Shown here one piece after another: positions 1 to 8,908 of a stretch of DNA of 36,313 bases. Source of the stretch: Gammaproteobacteria bacterium (lineage in GTDB: Bacteria > Pseudomonadota > Gammaproteobacteria > GCA-001735895); the NCBI GenBank assembly GCA_041821565.1, contig JBGUEB010000003.1, forward strand, positions 1 to 36,313, read 5' to 3'. Position numbers and translations under genes: made by a program. Position 1 is the stretch's first letter. Each line of letters begins with the position of its first letter. Below the pieces are notes generated by a model, which was not told the origin of the DNA, made no database searches, and was given only the letters and a program-made list of their open reading frames with translations.

Positions 1-1
1 G

Positions 2-712
2 CTTCAGGGCGATGACAATACTGTGCTCACTACTCTGATCCTGAAGCATTTCAATCGAAGCATTATAGACCAGTTTTCCCTCGCGAATTATTTGCACACG
101 GTCGCAGGTGGCCTGTACCTCCGTCAATATGTGGGTCGAAAGTATAACGCTACGCTCGGACCCGAGGGTCTTGATCAGGCTGCGTATTTCGCGTATCTGG
201 ATGGGATCGAGTCCAACAGTGGGTTCGTCCAGGATTACCACTGGGGGATTGTGGATGATAGCCTGGGCAATTCCAACACGCTGCTGGTAACCCTTCGACA
301 GGTTACCGATCAGCCGATTGCCGACCTCGCTGAGGCCGCAATCTGATTTAGCCTGATCCATTGCCCGGCCGATTGCGGAACGCTCCAGGCGACGTAATTT
401 TGCGCAATACCTGAGGAATTCGTCAACCGTTGCTTCTCGATAGACCGGCGGATGTTCAGGCAGGTAGCCAATATGCTGTTTAGCCTGCCTGGGCGACTCA
501 ATAATATCGAAACCATTGATACTCACCTGGCCTTCACTAGGTGCGAGGTTGCCGGTGATAATCTGCATCGTGGTCGATTTCCCAGCACCATTAGGACCCA
601 GGAAACCGAGTACTTCCCCGGGTTCGAGGGAGAAACTTAGCTGGCTAATTGCACAATGTTTCTGGTAAAAACGAGACAGGTTTTCAACTTTGACTAAAGC
701 CGTCGAATCCAT
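2..712 (-). CDS. ABC transporter ATP-binding protein, ABC-2/GldA-like (C-terminus runs off the left edge)
   Basis: Manual translation from ATG at 712: MDSTALVKVENLSRFY...[23 protein letters not shown] (Walker A)...IGYLPEHPPVY...IGNLSKGYQQRVGIAQAIIHNPPVVILDEPTVGLDP (signature, Walker B)...VILSTHIL (H-loop). Absent from the ORF track because there is no stop in the window. Confidence 0.93.
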   Translation of the reverse strand, partial: MDSTALVKVENLSRFYQKHCAISQLSFSLEPGEVLGFLGPNGAGKSTTMQIITGNLAPSEGQVSINGFDIIESPRQAKQHIGYLPEHPPVYREATVDEFLRYCAKLRRLERSAIGRAMDQAKSDCGLSEVGNRLIGNLSKGYQQRVGIAQAIIHNPPVVILDEPTVGLDPIQIREIRSLIKTLGSERSVILSTHILTEVQATCDRVQIIREGKLVYNASIEMLQDQSSEHSIVIALK

Positions 713-852
713 AATTGAATCTTATTAAAGGAGCCGCCTCATGATACCGATATATCTGTGATATTAAAGCCGGCTGACTCTAAAAGTGGAATTTTTCATG
801 ATCGCTTGTTGCTCAGTTAGCTAATCATATGGGCTAGCACTGGTCCGGGCAC

Positions 853-880
853 AAAAAAACCGGCCTTAGCCGGTTTCTTT
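853..880. terminator. Intrinsic terminator downstream of rpmG (probably bidirectional)
   Basis: AAAAAAACCGGC-CTTA-GCCGGTTTCTTT: GC stem with A-tract on the left and T-rich tail on the right, just after the rpmG stop. Confidence 0.85.
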
Positions 881-901
881 TAATCTCCTGGTGATAGGCG
901 A

Positions 902-1057
902 CTACTTAATCTTGGCTTCCTTGTAATCTACGTGCTTACGTATTACGGGATCGTACTTTTTAAACACCAGTTTGTCCGGTGTATTTTTCTTGTTTTTATC
1001 AGTTGTGTAGTAGTGACCAGTGCCGGCGCTGGAAACTAGTTTGATTAAATCTCTCAT
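902..1057 (-). CDS. rpmG: 50S ribosomal protein L33 (Cys-free, non-zinc form)
   Basis: [51 protein letters not shown]; AGGAG RBS upstream; follows rpmB. Alternative start at 1060. Confidence 0.97.
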   Translation of the reverse strand: MRDLIKLVSSAGTGHYYTTDKNKKNTPDKLVFKKYDPVIRKHVDYKEAKIK

Positions 1058-1067
1058 CATAATTCTC

Positions 1068-1304
1068 CTAAAACTTTTCGCCGCGTTTACGCATCTCGGC
1101 GATGACCGTATCGATGCCATTCTTGTCGATTATGCGCATTCCCTTGGTGGATAGGCGCAGTTTTAGCCAGCGATTTTCCGACTCGACCCAGAATTTGTGG
1201 TTTTGCAGGTTAGGCAAAAAACGACGACGCGTCCTGTTGTTCGCATGCGATACGTTATTTCCGGCGACAGGCTTTTTACCTGTGACTTGACATACCCGGG
1301 ACAT
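1068..1304 (-). CDS. rpmB: 50S ribosomal protein L28
   Basis: [34 protein letters not shown]...; 78 aa; GGAG RBS upstream. Confidence 0.97.
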   Translation of the reverse strand: MSRVCQVTGKKPVAGNNVSHANNRTRRRFLPNLQNHKFWVESENRWLKLRLSTKGMRIIDKNGIDTVIAEMRKRGEKF

Positions 1305-1347
1305 GGTTAACTCCGTGATTAAAGCGTGATTGCTTTCGAGGGCGCGA

Positions 1348-1376
1348 ACTCTACCAGAAGCAATACCTATATTCAA
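1348..1376 (-). promoter_or_regulatory. Sigma70 promoter of rpmBG
   Basis: Minus strand TTGAAT-17 bp-TAGAGT with TG extension, followed by a GC-rich discriminator (TCGCGCCC) typical of stringently controlled r-protein promoters. Confidence 0.7.
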
Positions 1377-1483
1377 GCATCTCCCGGCCGATTAAAGCGG
1401 GATTATCCGCTATTTGCAGATTCCCTTTACGCAACATGCGGGCTAAGATGCGGGATGATATTTTAGGCCCAGGTAAAGCATTA

Positions 1484-1843
1484 ATGGATATAGTTTTTAT
1501 TCGCGATTTACAGATCGAAACCGTCATTGGTATCTATGACTGGGAAAGAAAAGTGAAGCAAATTATCAGTCTCGATATCGATATGGCGGCTGATATTAAA
1601 AAAGCCGCCTCTAGTGATAATATCGACGATACGCTGAGTTACAAAACGGTCGCCAAGCATTTGATTGCATTTGTCGAACAAAGCGAGTTCGAACTGGTCG
1701 AAACCCTGGCCGAGAAAATATGTGAAATTATTCGTGAAGAATTCAACGTACCCTGGGTACGTTTAACACTTAACAAGCCGGGTGCCGTGCGCGGGTCTAA
1801 ATCGGTGGGTGTCATGATCGAACGTGGACAGAAACCAGAATGA
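1484..1843 (+). CDS. folB: Dihydroneopterin aldolase
   Basis: MDIVFIRDLQIETVIGIYDWERKVKQ...LSYKTV...FELVETLAE...KPGAVRGSKSVGVMIERG; start trimmed to MDIVF. Confidence 0.96.
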   Translation: MDIVFIRDLQIETVIGIYDWERKVKQIISLDIDMAADIKKAASSDNIDDTLSYKTVAKHLIAFVEQSEFELVETLAEKICEIIREEFNVPWVRLTLNKPGAVRGSKSVGVMIERGQKPE

Positions 1844-2334
1844 CTGCAGTGGTTTATGTCAGTCTGGGTAGCAATGTTGATCGCGAAAGCAATATTCGAC
1901 TCGCGGTTGGGGGGATGCGACAGGTTTTTGGCAGGCTCAGGCTTTCACCGGTTTATGAATCAGAGGCAGTAGGTTTTGATGGCGATGATTTTTTAAACCT
2001 GGTGGCCGGTTTCGAGTGCGATATTGATGTTCGTGAAGTGGTTCTCGCATTACGGGAGATAGAGGACCAACAAGGTCGGGACCGGACTCTGCCCAGATTT
2101 TCGCATCGACCGATCGATCTGGATATTCTGACCTACGATGATCTTGAAATAGATGAAGAGGGGATTCAGATACCGCGTCACGAAATACTGGTAAATGCTT
2201 TTGTGCTTAGACCCCTGCAAGATCTAGCGCCGCATACGTTGCACCCGCTGGCGAAAAAAAGTTACAGAGAATTGTGGCAGGCGATGCTGCCTACCGCGAT
2301 TCACACCGAAATCTACGATTTGTCGCTGGATTAA
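1840..2334 (+). CDS. folK: 2-amino-4-hydroxy-6-hydroxymethyldihydropteridine diphosphokinase
   Basis: YVSLGSN, SPVYES, FLNLV, RPIDLDIL, AFVLRPL motifs; ATGA overlap with folB. Confidence 0.94.
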   Translation: MTAVVYVSLGSNVDRESNIRLAVGGMRQVFGRLRLSPVYESEAVGFDGDDFLNLVAGFECDIDVREVVLALREIEDQQGRDRTLPRFSHRPIDLDILTYDDLEIDEEGIQIPRHEILVNAFVLRPLQDLAPHTLHPLAKKSYRELWQAMLPTAIHTEIYDLSLD

Positions 2335-2362
2335 GTGACGGTGTTAAAGTTTGCGCAGACTG

Positions 2363-3415
2363 CTAAAGCAATTCCTTCAAGGTCTCAATCAGGGCCAAAC
2401 ATTCGTCATCGGTGCCGATTGATATACGAATAAAGTTCTCGATACGTGAAGTTTCGAAATGGCGTACCAGAATTCCTGCGGTTTTAAGCTCCGTATAGAG
2501 CTGCGCTGCAGGGCATGAAGAATGGCGGGCGAAAAGAAAATTGGTATTCGAGTCTAACACTTCGAATTCCAGGTCTCGCAAGGCGCCGGCCAGCCAGTTT
2601 CGAGATTCGATGATTTTATTTTTGCATTGCTGGAAGTATTCCTCATCGCCTAATGATGCGATTGCTGCAGCACTGGCGAGTCGATCCACAGGATAAGAAT
2701 TGAAAGAATTCTTGACCCGGTTCAAACCCTCGATTAATTCGACATGACCCATTGCGTAGCCAAGGCGTAATCCAGCCAGACTGCGTGATTTGGAAAAGGT
2801 TTGTACTACCAGCAAATTTGGATATTCGTTTATTAATGCCTGGCATGATTCGGCGCCAAAGTCGACGTAGGCCTCGTCAATGACGACCACTGAATCCGTG
2901 AATTCGAGTAATTCCCTGATGGCCGTTATAGTCAGGGTGATGCCGGTAGGGGCATTCGGATTGGCGATGATGATGCCGCCGTTAGGCAGGCGATAGTCGC
3001 TTACATCGATAGTGAAACCAGGGTCAAGCGCAATCGTCCGGTAGTTGACCCGGTACAACGAACAGTAGACCGGGTAAAAGCTATAACCGATGTCGGGGAA
3101 AAGAATGTTGTCCCGACCCTGGAAAAACGTCTTGAAACTATGCGCCAAAACCTCGTCGGAACCGTTGCCAACAAATATCTGTTCGCATTCGAGGCCTGTG
3201 TAGACCGCCAGGGCCTGCCTCAGCTCCCTGGATTCCGGATCGGGGTATCGCCGCAGATCATCAACCGCGTAACTGTTAATGGCCTTTGTTACAGCCGGCG
3301 ATGGCGGATAGGGATTCTCGTTAGTGTTTAACTTGATATATTGCTGATCCTGCGGCTGCTCTCCCGGTACATAGGGATCTAGCTGCTGCACGATATCAGT
3401 CCAAAATTTGCTCAT
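2363..3415 (-). CDS. hisC: Histidinol-phosphate aminotransferase
   Basis: PYVPGEQP, KLNTNENPY, GNGSDE, NPNAPTG, DEAYVDF, TFSKSRSLAGLRLG (PLP lysine). Confidence 0.93.
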   Translation of the reverse strand: MSKFWTDIVQQLDPYVPGEQPQDQQYIKLNTNENPYPPSPAVTKAINSYAVDDLRRYPDPESRELRQALAVYTGLECEQIFVGNGSDEVLAHSFKTFFQGRDNILFPDIGYSFYPVYCSLYRVNYRTIALDPGFTIDVSDYRLPNGGIIIANPNAPTGITLTITAIRELLEFTDSVVVIDEAYVDFGAESCQALINEYPNLLVVQTFSKSRSLAGLRLGYAMGHVELIEGLNRVKNSFNSYPVDRLASAAAIASLGDEEYFQQCKNKIIESRNWLAGALRDLEFEVLDSNTNFLFARHSSCPAAQLYTELKTAGILVRHFETSRIENFIRISIGTDDECLALIETLKELL

Positions 3416-3427
3416 ATTTTGTTGGTC

Positions 3428-4171
3428 TCAACTAGTCAGCAAGCGTCCGCCATCGACGCGGATAACTTCGCCAGTGATATAGCTGTTGGTCACCAGGAAC
3501 ATAATCGTCTGGGTGATTGATTGCGGGCTTCCTGTTTTTTGCAAAGGGATTTTTTTCAAAATAGCCTCCTGTTGCTCAGGCTGCGAAGTTTTGCCGCTTT
3601 CAGGCCAGAGAATGGCGCCGGGAGCGATACCATTGACGCGTACCTGCGGCGCCATTTCCAGGGCTAGTGATTTTACCAGCATAGCGTTTGCAGCCTTGGC
3701 ACAACAGTACAGGCTATGGTTTCTCAAGGGTGAGCTGGCATAGATATCGAGCATATTGATGATGATCCCATTGGTTGCGCGTAAACAGGGGTAACACGCC
3801 TGTGATAAAAACAGGGGTGCCTTGAAGTTACTGCCGAGTATTTGATCCCAGTCCTGCTCGCTGATCTCGCCGATCGGGGTTGGGTAGAAACTGGAGGCGT
3901 TGTTGATCAGGATATCGAGACCCTCGAAAGCCTGTGAAGCTCTATGCGCGAGGCCTTTAATATCTTCGAGATTGGATAACTCGGCCTTTACAGAGCAGGC
4001 GGAGCCTGAGCGTAGCGAATTCAATTGCTGTTCGAGCAATTGCGCGTTGGTAACTGAATCATGGTAATGGATGATGAGATTTGCGCCGTTTTGATGTAGA
4101 GTGCGAGCGATTTGTGCGCCTATTCGATTGGCGGCGCCAGTGACCAGGGCGGTTTTTCCAGCAAGCAACAT
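3428..4171 (-). CDS. Pteridine/dihydromonapterin reductase (SDR, FolM/PTR1-like)
   Basis: TGAANRIG, IHYH, NNASSFYPTP, YCCAK (YxxxK), VNGIAPGAILWPE, VDGGR; located near folB/folK. Start chosen at ATG 4171 (ORF track TTG 4189). Confidence 0.88.
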   Translation of the reverse strand: MLLAGKTALVTGAANRIGAQIARTLHQNGANLIIHYHDSVTNAQLLEQQLNSLRSGSACSVKAELSNLEDIKGLAHRASQAFEGLDILINNASSFYPTPIGEISEQDWDQILGSNFKAPLFLSQACYPCLRATNGIIINMLDIYASSPLRNHSLYCCAKAANAMLVKSLALEMAPQVRVNGIAPGAILWPESGKTSQPEQQEAILKKIPLQKTGSPQSITQTIMFLVTNSYITGEVIRVDGGRLLTS

Positions 4172-4196
4172 GGCAATTGAGGGCAACAAAAAAAGA

Positions 4197-5423
4197 ATGT
4201 CATCATATCATTCTGAGGAGCAGACGCTAGCCCGCTTTCATGCAACAGACGGGCTATCGCAATTGCCTGTGCCGAGCGCCGCCGAGATTGCACATAGTAA
4301 CCGCCTTATCGATTTTTTGATTGCCGAGATCGAACAACATGCGGGTGTTATTTCATTCCGCGATTACATGAATCATGTGCTCTATCGGCCAGAGCTTGGT
4401 TATTACAGCGCTGGCTTGACGAAGCTTGGTATCGATGGCGATTTCGTTACCGCACCTGAAATTTCAATACTGTTTGGACGGACCCTGGCCAGGCAATGTG
4501 AGTCGATCTTCGAACAGGGCTGTGTACGGCAGATACTGGAGTTTGGCGCCGGTAGCGGTCGAATGTGTGAACAAATTTTACTGGCGCTGGCCGAACCCTG
4601 TCGGTATCGCATTCTTGAACTTAGTGCAGATTTGCGCAGCAGACAACAGGATTATTTACAGGCAAGGCTGCCGGTAGAATTGTTTGATCGGATCGATTGG
4701 CTTGAGGCATTACCGACTGATTTCAATGGAATTGTACTCGGTAACGAGGTGCTGGACGCGATGCCTGTGCATCTGGTGTGCAAAGAGCGAGCCTGGTTCG
4801 AGTTGGGAGTTGGCTTCGATGGTCGGCGCCTTTGCTGGCGTCGCTATGCGGATGACAGCGAGGCCATATCGATGATGCAGTTGATTGAGTCCAGCCACCA
4901 GGTATTGCCCGAGGGTTATACCAGTGAAATTAACCTGAACTACCGTCCCTGGCTTGCCGGATTACAAGGCTCCTGCAATCAGGTTGTTGTGCTGATGATC
5001 GACTATGGCTACCTGCAGGGACAGTATTATCATCCCGAAAGGGCAGGTGGGACACTGGTTTGTCATTACCATCATCGTGTTCATTACGATCCGCTGATTT
5101 ATCCGGGATTACAGGATGTGACGGCTTCGGTGGATTTTGATGCGCTTGCGGATGCAGCCCTGTTATGCGATTTTGGTATTTGCGGACTATCGACCCAGGC
5201 TCAGTTTCTACTCGCCAATGGATTGCTTGAAGAGGCAGGATGTGCTGAACTGGAAATGAATACGAAGTCGCAATTAGAACTTGCCCAGCAAATTAAAACA
5301 CTAACCTTACCGGGCGAGATGGGAGATAGATTTAAGGTGATCGGCCTGCAAAAAAACCTGAGCATTGAAATTGGCGCCTTTAATAGCAGACGATTAGTAG
5401 CAGACGATAATAGCAGGCGATAA
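4197..5423 (+). CDS. SAM-dependent methyltransferase, MidA/NDUFAF7 family
   Basis: YMNHVLY..LGYY, GDFVTAPEIS, LEFGAGSG, NEVLDAMP, IDYG, PGLQDVTASVDF, LTLPGEMGDRFKV. Start uncertain and may be later (e.g. TTG near 4263). Confidence 0.9.
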   Translation: MSSYHSEEQTLARFHATDGLSQLPVPSAAEIAHSNRLIDFLIAEIEQHAGVISFRDYMNHVLYRPELGYYSAGLTKLGIDGDFVTAPEISILFGRTLARQCESIFEQGCVRQILEFGAGSGRMCEQILLALAEPCRYRILELSADLRSRQQDYLQARLPVELFDRIDWLEALPTDFNGIVLGNEVLDAMPVHLVCKERAWFELGVGFDGRRLCWRRYADDSEAISMMQLIESSHQVLPEGYTSEINLNYRPWLAGLQGSCNQVVVLMIDYGYLQGQYYHPERAGGTLVCHYHHRVHYDPLIYPGLQDVTASVDFDALADAALLCDFGICGLSTQAQFLLANGLLEEAGCAELEMNTKSQLELAQQIKTLTLPGEMGDRFKVIGLQKNLSIEIGAFNSRRLVADDNSRR

Positions 5424-5429
5424 TTGATT

Positions 5430-6227
5430 ATGGATATCGCTCACATCGTAATCCTCGCAATCGTGCAGGGACTCACCGAGTTTCTGCCGATTTCTAGTTC
5501 GGCGCATTTGATTCTGGTTCCGCTAATCCTGCAATGGCCAGATCAAGGGCTGGTATTTGACGTAGCCGTGCATCTTGGATCATTGTTGGCTGTGCTGATT
5601 TATTTTCGCAGTGATGTGATAGCAATGGCGATTGCCTGGGGCAGAAACCTTACTGGCGGAACTTCCAGCGACGCAAGCCGACTCGCCTGGTGGGTAATAC
5701 TGGGCACTTTACCGGCAGTAATAGCGGGATTGATCTTCAAGGATATTATCGAAATTGAATTGCGCTCCCCCTGGGTGATCGCGATAGCAACGATCTTTTT
5801 TGCCCTGTTGTTATGGGTTGCCGATTTATATAAACCGAAAATAAGAAATGAGTACCAGCTTAAATGGTCAGAAGCCTTGATTATTGGTTGTTTTCAGGTG
5901 CTTGCGCTGATACCCGGCACATCGCGCTCTGGAATAACCATGACTGCCGGACTGCTGCTGGGTTTAACTCGGCAGGCTGCAGCCAGATTTTCTTTTTTAC
6001 TCTCGATACCGGTTATATTTGCCAGCGGTAGTTTGCAAACCTATGAATTATTGCAGACGCCACAGTCAATAGACTGGTTGGCGCTGTTGCTGTCGGTGGC
6101 TCTGTCGGCGTTGAGCGCTGGAATCTGCATCCATTTGTTTCTGGGATTGATTGAAAAAATCGGTATGTTGCCCTTTGTAATATACCGTATGCTGCTTGGC
6201 ATTGTCTTGATAGCTCTTCTTGTCTAG
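5430..6227 (+). CDS. uppP: Undecaprenyl-diphosphate phosphatase (BacA)
   Basis: QGLTEFLPISSSAH and ALIPGTSRSGIT motifs, AARFSFLLSIP; highly hydrophobic. Confidence 0.96.
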   Translation: MDIAHIVILAIVQGLTEFLPISSSAHLILVPLILQWPDQGLVFDVAVHLGSLLAVLIYFRSDVIAMAIAWGRNLTGGTSSDASRLAWWVILGTLPAVIAGLIFKDIIEIELRSPWVIAIATIFFALLLWVADLYKPKIRNEYQLKWSEALIIGCFQVLALIPGTSRSGITMTAGLLLGLTRQAAARFSFLLSIPVIFASGSLQTYELLQTPQSIDWLALLLSVALSALSAGICIHLFLGLIEKIGMLPFVIYRMLLGIVLIALLV

Positions 6228-6309
6228 AGAACTCTCTGGCCAGTCAGAATTATTCATCACCAGGCTTTATGCAGATCATCTTACAGGGATCATTCATTTT
6301 TTAAAAATC

Positions 6310-6708
6310 ATGCTAGACCCAGACTCGATCGACACCGAATTACAGATACCAAAACTCTGGTTTGCGCTGGCTTACGGCTTAACCCTGGCGGTAGGTGTGC
6401 TGTCACTGATACCTGGTCCCGATATTGGCGCTAGTGACAAGCTCGCGCATTTTCTCACCTATGCGATGTTATCTGCAGGTTTCAGCATGATTGTCGAGCA
6501 GCGAAAATCACTCTGGCTGATTTTACTTGGGTTGATTAGTTACGGCCTATTGCTGGAAATGTTACAGGGGTTAACCGGTTATCGGTTTGAGGATATGGCC
6601 GATGCGCTGGCGAATAGTCTTGGCGTTATCACGGGCCTGGGTTTTTATTTTTCGCCACTGCGCGGAATCTTGAGACGATTCGAGCGATGGTTACTGTCCC
6701 GCTGGTAA
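6310..6708 (+). CDS. VanZ family membrane protein
   Basis: DKLAHFLTYAML, LEMLQ, R...DMADALANSLG motifs; start trimmed to ATG 6310; 3' end overlaps cca convergently. Confidence 0.85.
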   Translation: MLDPDSIDTELQIPKLWFALAYGLTLAVGVLSLIPGPDIGASDKLAHFLTYAMLSAGFSMIVEQRKSLWLILLGLISYGLLLEMLQGLTGYRFEDMADALANSLGVITGLGFYFSPLRGILRRFERWLLSRW

Positions 6709-7926
6709 TGCCTGCTTGTATTGTTTTATCAGGTTCAGACGAAATTCACGGATAGCTTCCCCCAACTCACTGCCTTGTAGTCCACTTTGCTTAACACTGG
6801 ACAAATCGGCTGCACGTAATTTGTCAGCCAGGTCAATGAGAAATTCTGCCTGGGGATAGGCAGCATCTTCGAAATTAAGGCGTCCGCGCAGGTCGGCCAG
6901 GCATGCCAGAGTCATTTTTTCGAATCTTTCAGGTTTACGAAACATGTCGGTACTGGTAAAAAGTTTTAGCAAGGTAGAGGGTTTCAAGTCGAGTGCACGA
7001 TGTACATGGCTGTGATATTCGGTAGTGATCAGGGCCAGTTCGGTATGCGCCCGGGGTACGCGCCAGCGGCGGCAAAATTCTTTTACCAGGCGAATGCCCT
7101 GCTGTTCATGTCCATGGTGAGCTGGCAATATGTGCTCCGGTGTAGTCGCCTTACCCAGGTCATGCATTAGTACGGCGAAACGTGTTTCATTGTCGAGATT
7201 GAGTTCAGCACTTTTTTGCAGTGCCATCATGACATGCACGCCAGTATCCACTTCGGGATGATATTTCGCAGTTTGTGGTACGCCGAACAGCACCTCGATT
7301 TCGGGAAATAAAACACCTAATACATCACAGTCACGCAGGGTTTGAAAAAACACCTCGGGATTCGGCTCGTTTAACGCCCGCGACATTTCTGACCATACGC
7401 GCTCCGCTACCAACGATGCCAATTCCCCTGATGCACCCATCTGACGGATTAGATCCACGGTCTCGGCCGCAACGGTAAAGCCGAGGTGATGATATCGGGC
7501 CGCAAACCTGGCGACACGCAATACACGCACCGGGTCTTCACTGAAAGCAGACGAGACATGGCGTAGGATGCGGGCTTCTAGATCCGCTTGCCCACCATAG
7601 GGATCTATGAGCTCCCCATGCTCATTTTCCGCTATCGCGTTAATAGTCAGGTCACGACGCAGTAAGTCCTGTGCGATAGTTATGTCTGCATCGGTGATGA
7701 ACTCGAATCCACGGTATCCAGGCCCTGTTTTTCTTTCACTGCGGGCGAGGGCGTACTCCTGTTTGGTTTCAGGGTGCAGGAATACCGGGAAATCCTTACC
7801 GATGGGCTTATATCCAAGAGATGTCATCGTCTCGACAGTGGCGCCGGTTACTACCCAATCGATATCGACTAGCGGTAATCCGAGTAAGCGATCTCGAACG
7901 CAGCCGCCAACACGATAAATATTCAT
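6691..7926 (-). CDS. cca: Multifunctional CCA tRNA nucleotidyltransferase with HD domain
   Basis: VGGCVRDRLLG..DIDWVV, ARSERK, DLLRRDLTINA, EDPVRVLRVARF, HPEVDTGVH, HDLGK. Confidence 0.97.
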   Translation of the reverse strand: MNIYRVGGCVRDRLLGLPLVDIDWVVTGATVETMTSLGYKPIGKDFPVFLHPETKQEYALARSERKTGPGYRGFEFITDADITIAQDLLRRDLTINAIAENEHGELIDPYGGQADLEARILRHVSSAFSEDPVRVLRVARFAARYHHLGFTVAAETVDLIRQMGASGELASLVAERVWSEMSRALNEPNPEVFFQTLRDCDVLGVLFPEIEVLFGVPQTAKYHPEVDTGVHVMMALQKSAELNLDNETRFAVLMHDLGKATTPEHILPAHHGHEQQGIRLVKEFCRRWRVPRAHTELALITTEYHSHVHRALDLKPSTLLKLFTSTDMFRKPERFEKMTLACLADLRGRLNFEDAAYPQAEFLIDLADKLRAADLSSVKQSGLQGSELGEAIREFRLNLIKQYKQALPAGQ

Positions 7927-7953
7927 TGCCTCGAACTCAGCAACCGAGTCGAA

Positions 7954-8895
7954 TCACCGGGGTAGTTGTTGCCTGAAACGATCATAGTTCTTTTTGTTAC
8001 TGAACATTACACCGATGTCCTGAATGTACTGGCGAAGGCTGCTGCTGCAATTTTCACCTTCCGCGCATATATTCGGTGTTTGCAAGGAATTGTAATTATC
8101 CATGGTAAACATTTTACCTGGCAGGAGTTGCAAAATCATGGCCTGAAGTTTTGACATACCGTTTCCGAGCGGGATGATGCGGCAGGATGAACCCATAGAG
8201 CTGATAATCAGTTCGACTAACTGCTGCAGGGTAAATTCTTCAGGACCACAGACAGTATAGCGCTGTGAAAATGTGCTTTTATCTTCGACCGCATCCGCTA
8301 TTTTTTCAACCAGATCACCCACGTAAACAGGTGCTAATTTGCTTTGCGGGCAAGCCAGTGGGAAAAACCATGGGCTGAATTTCAGGATACCCGCAAACCG
8401 ATTAATAAATTGATCATTTTTACCGAATACAACCGAGGGCTGAAAACTGGTGACCTGCAGATCTTTTTGACCAAAAGTATGCAGCAAATTTTCACCTTCA
8501 CCCTTACTGCGAAGATAGCGACTCGTACCGGTCGCCTGGTCGGCGCCGAGGGCGCTGAGATGTAACAGGCGCTTTATATTATTTCGGCTACATGCCGATA
8601 CCAGGGTCTTGATAAAGTCGACATGTATTCTTCTGAAATCGTTACGTTTACGTTCGTGCAGTATGCCGACCAGGTTAACCATTGCATCCTGGTCCTGGCA
8701 TAATTTTTCGAGCATCGCAGAATCAAATATATCGGCTTCGATTACAGAAATACTGGGGTGTACCTGGAGTGCCTTGTTTCGATGGGGGCGGCGACTGGGA
8801 ATAGTGATCGCATAACCTCGATTAGCTAGCGTAAAAGCCAATTGCCTGCCGATGAAACCATCGCCTCCGAGGAGTATGATTTTACTGTACTTCAT
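7954..8895 (-). CDS. NAD(P)-dependent epimerase-like protein, complex I NDUFA9 family
   Basis: GGDGFIG Rossmann motif, VNLVGIL, HLSALGA, SRYLRSKGEGE, PSVVFG, PVYVGD. Confidence 0.85.
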   Translation of the reverse strand: MKYSKIILLGGDGFIGRQLAFTLANRGYAITIPSRRPHRNKALQVHPSISVIEADIFDSAMLEKLCQDQDAMVNLVGILHERKRNDFRRIHVDFIKTLVSACSRNNIKRLLHLSALGADQATGTSRYLRSKGEGENLLHTFGQKDLQVTSFQPSVVFGKNDQFINRFAGILKFSPWFFPLACPQSKLAPVYVGDLVEKIADAVEDKSTFSQRYTVCGPEEFTLQQLVELIISSMGSSCRIIPLGNGMSKLQAMILQLLPGKMFTMDNYNSLQTPNICAEGENCSSSLRQYIQDIGVMFSNKKNYDRFRQQLPR

Positions 8896-8908
8896 AGAAT
8901 TCTGGCTC

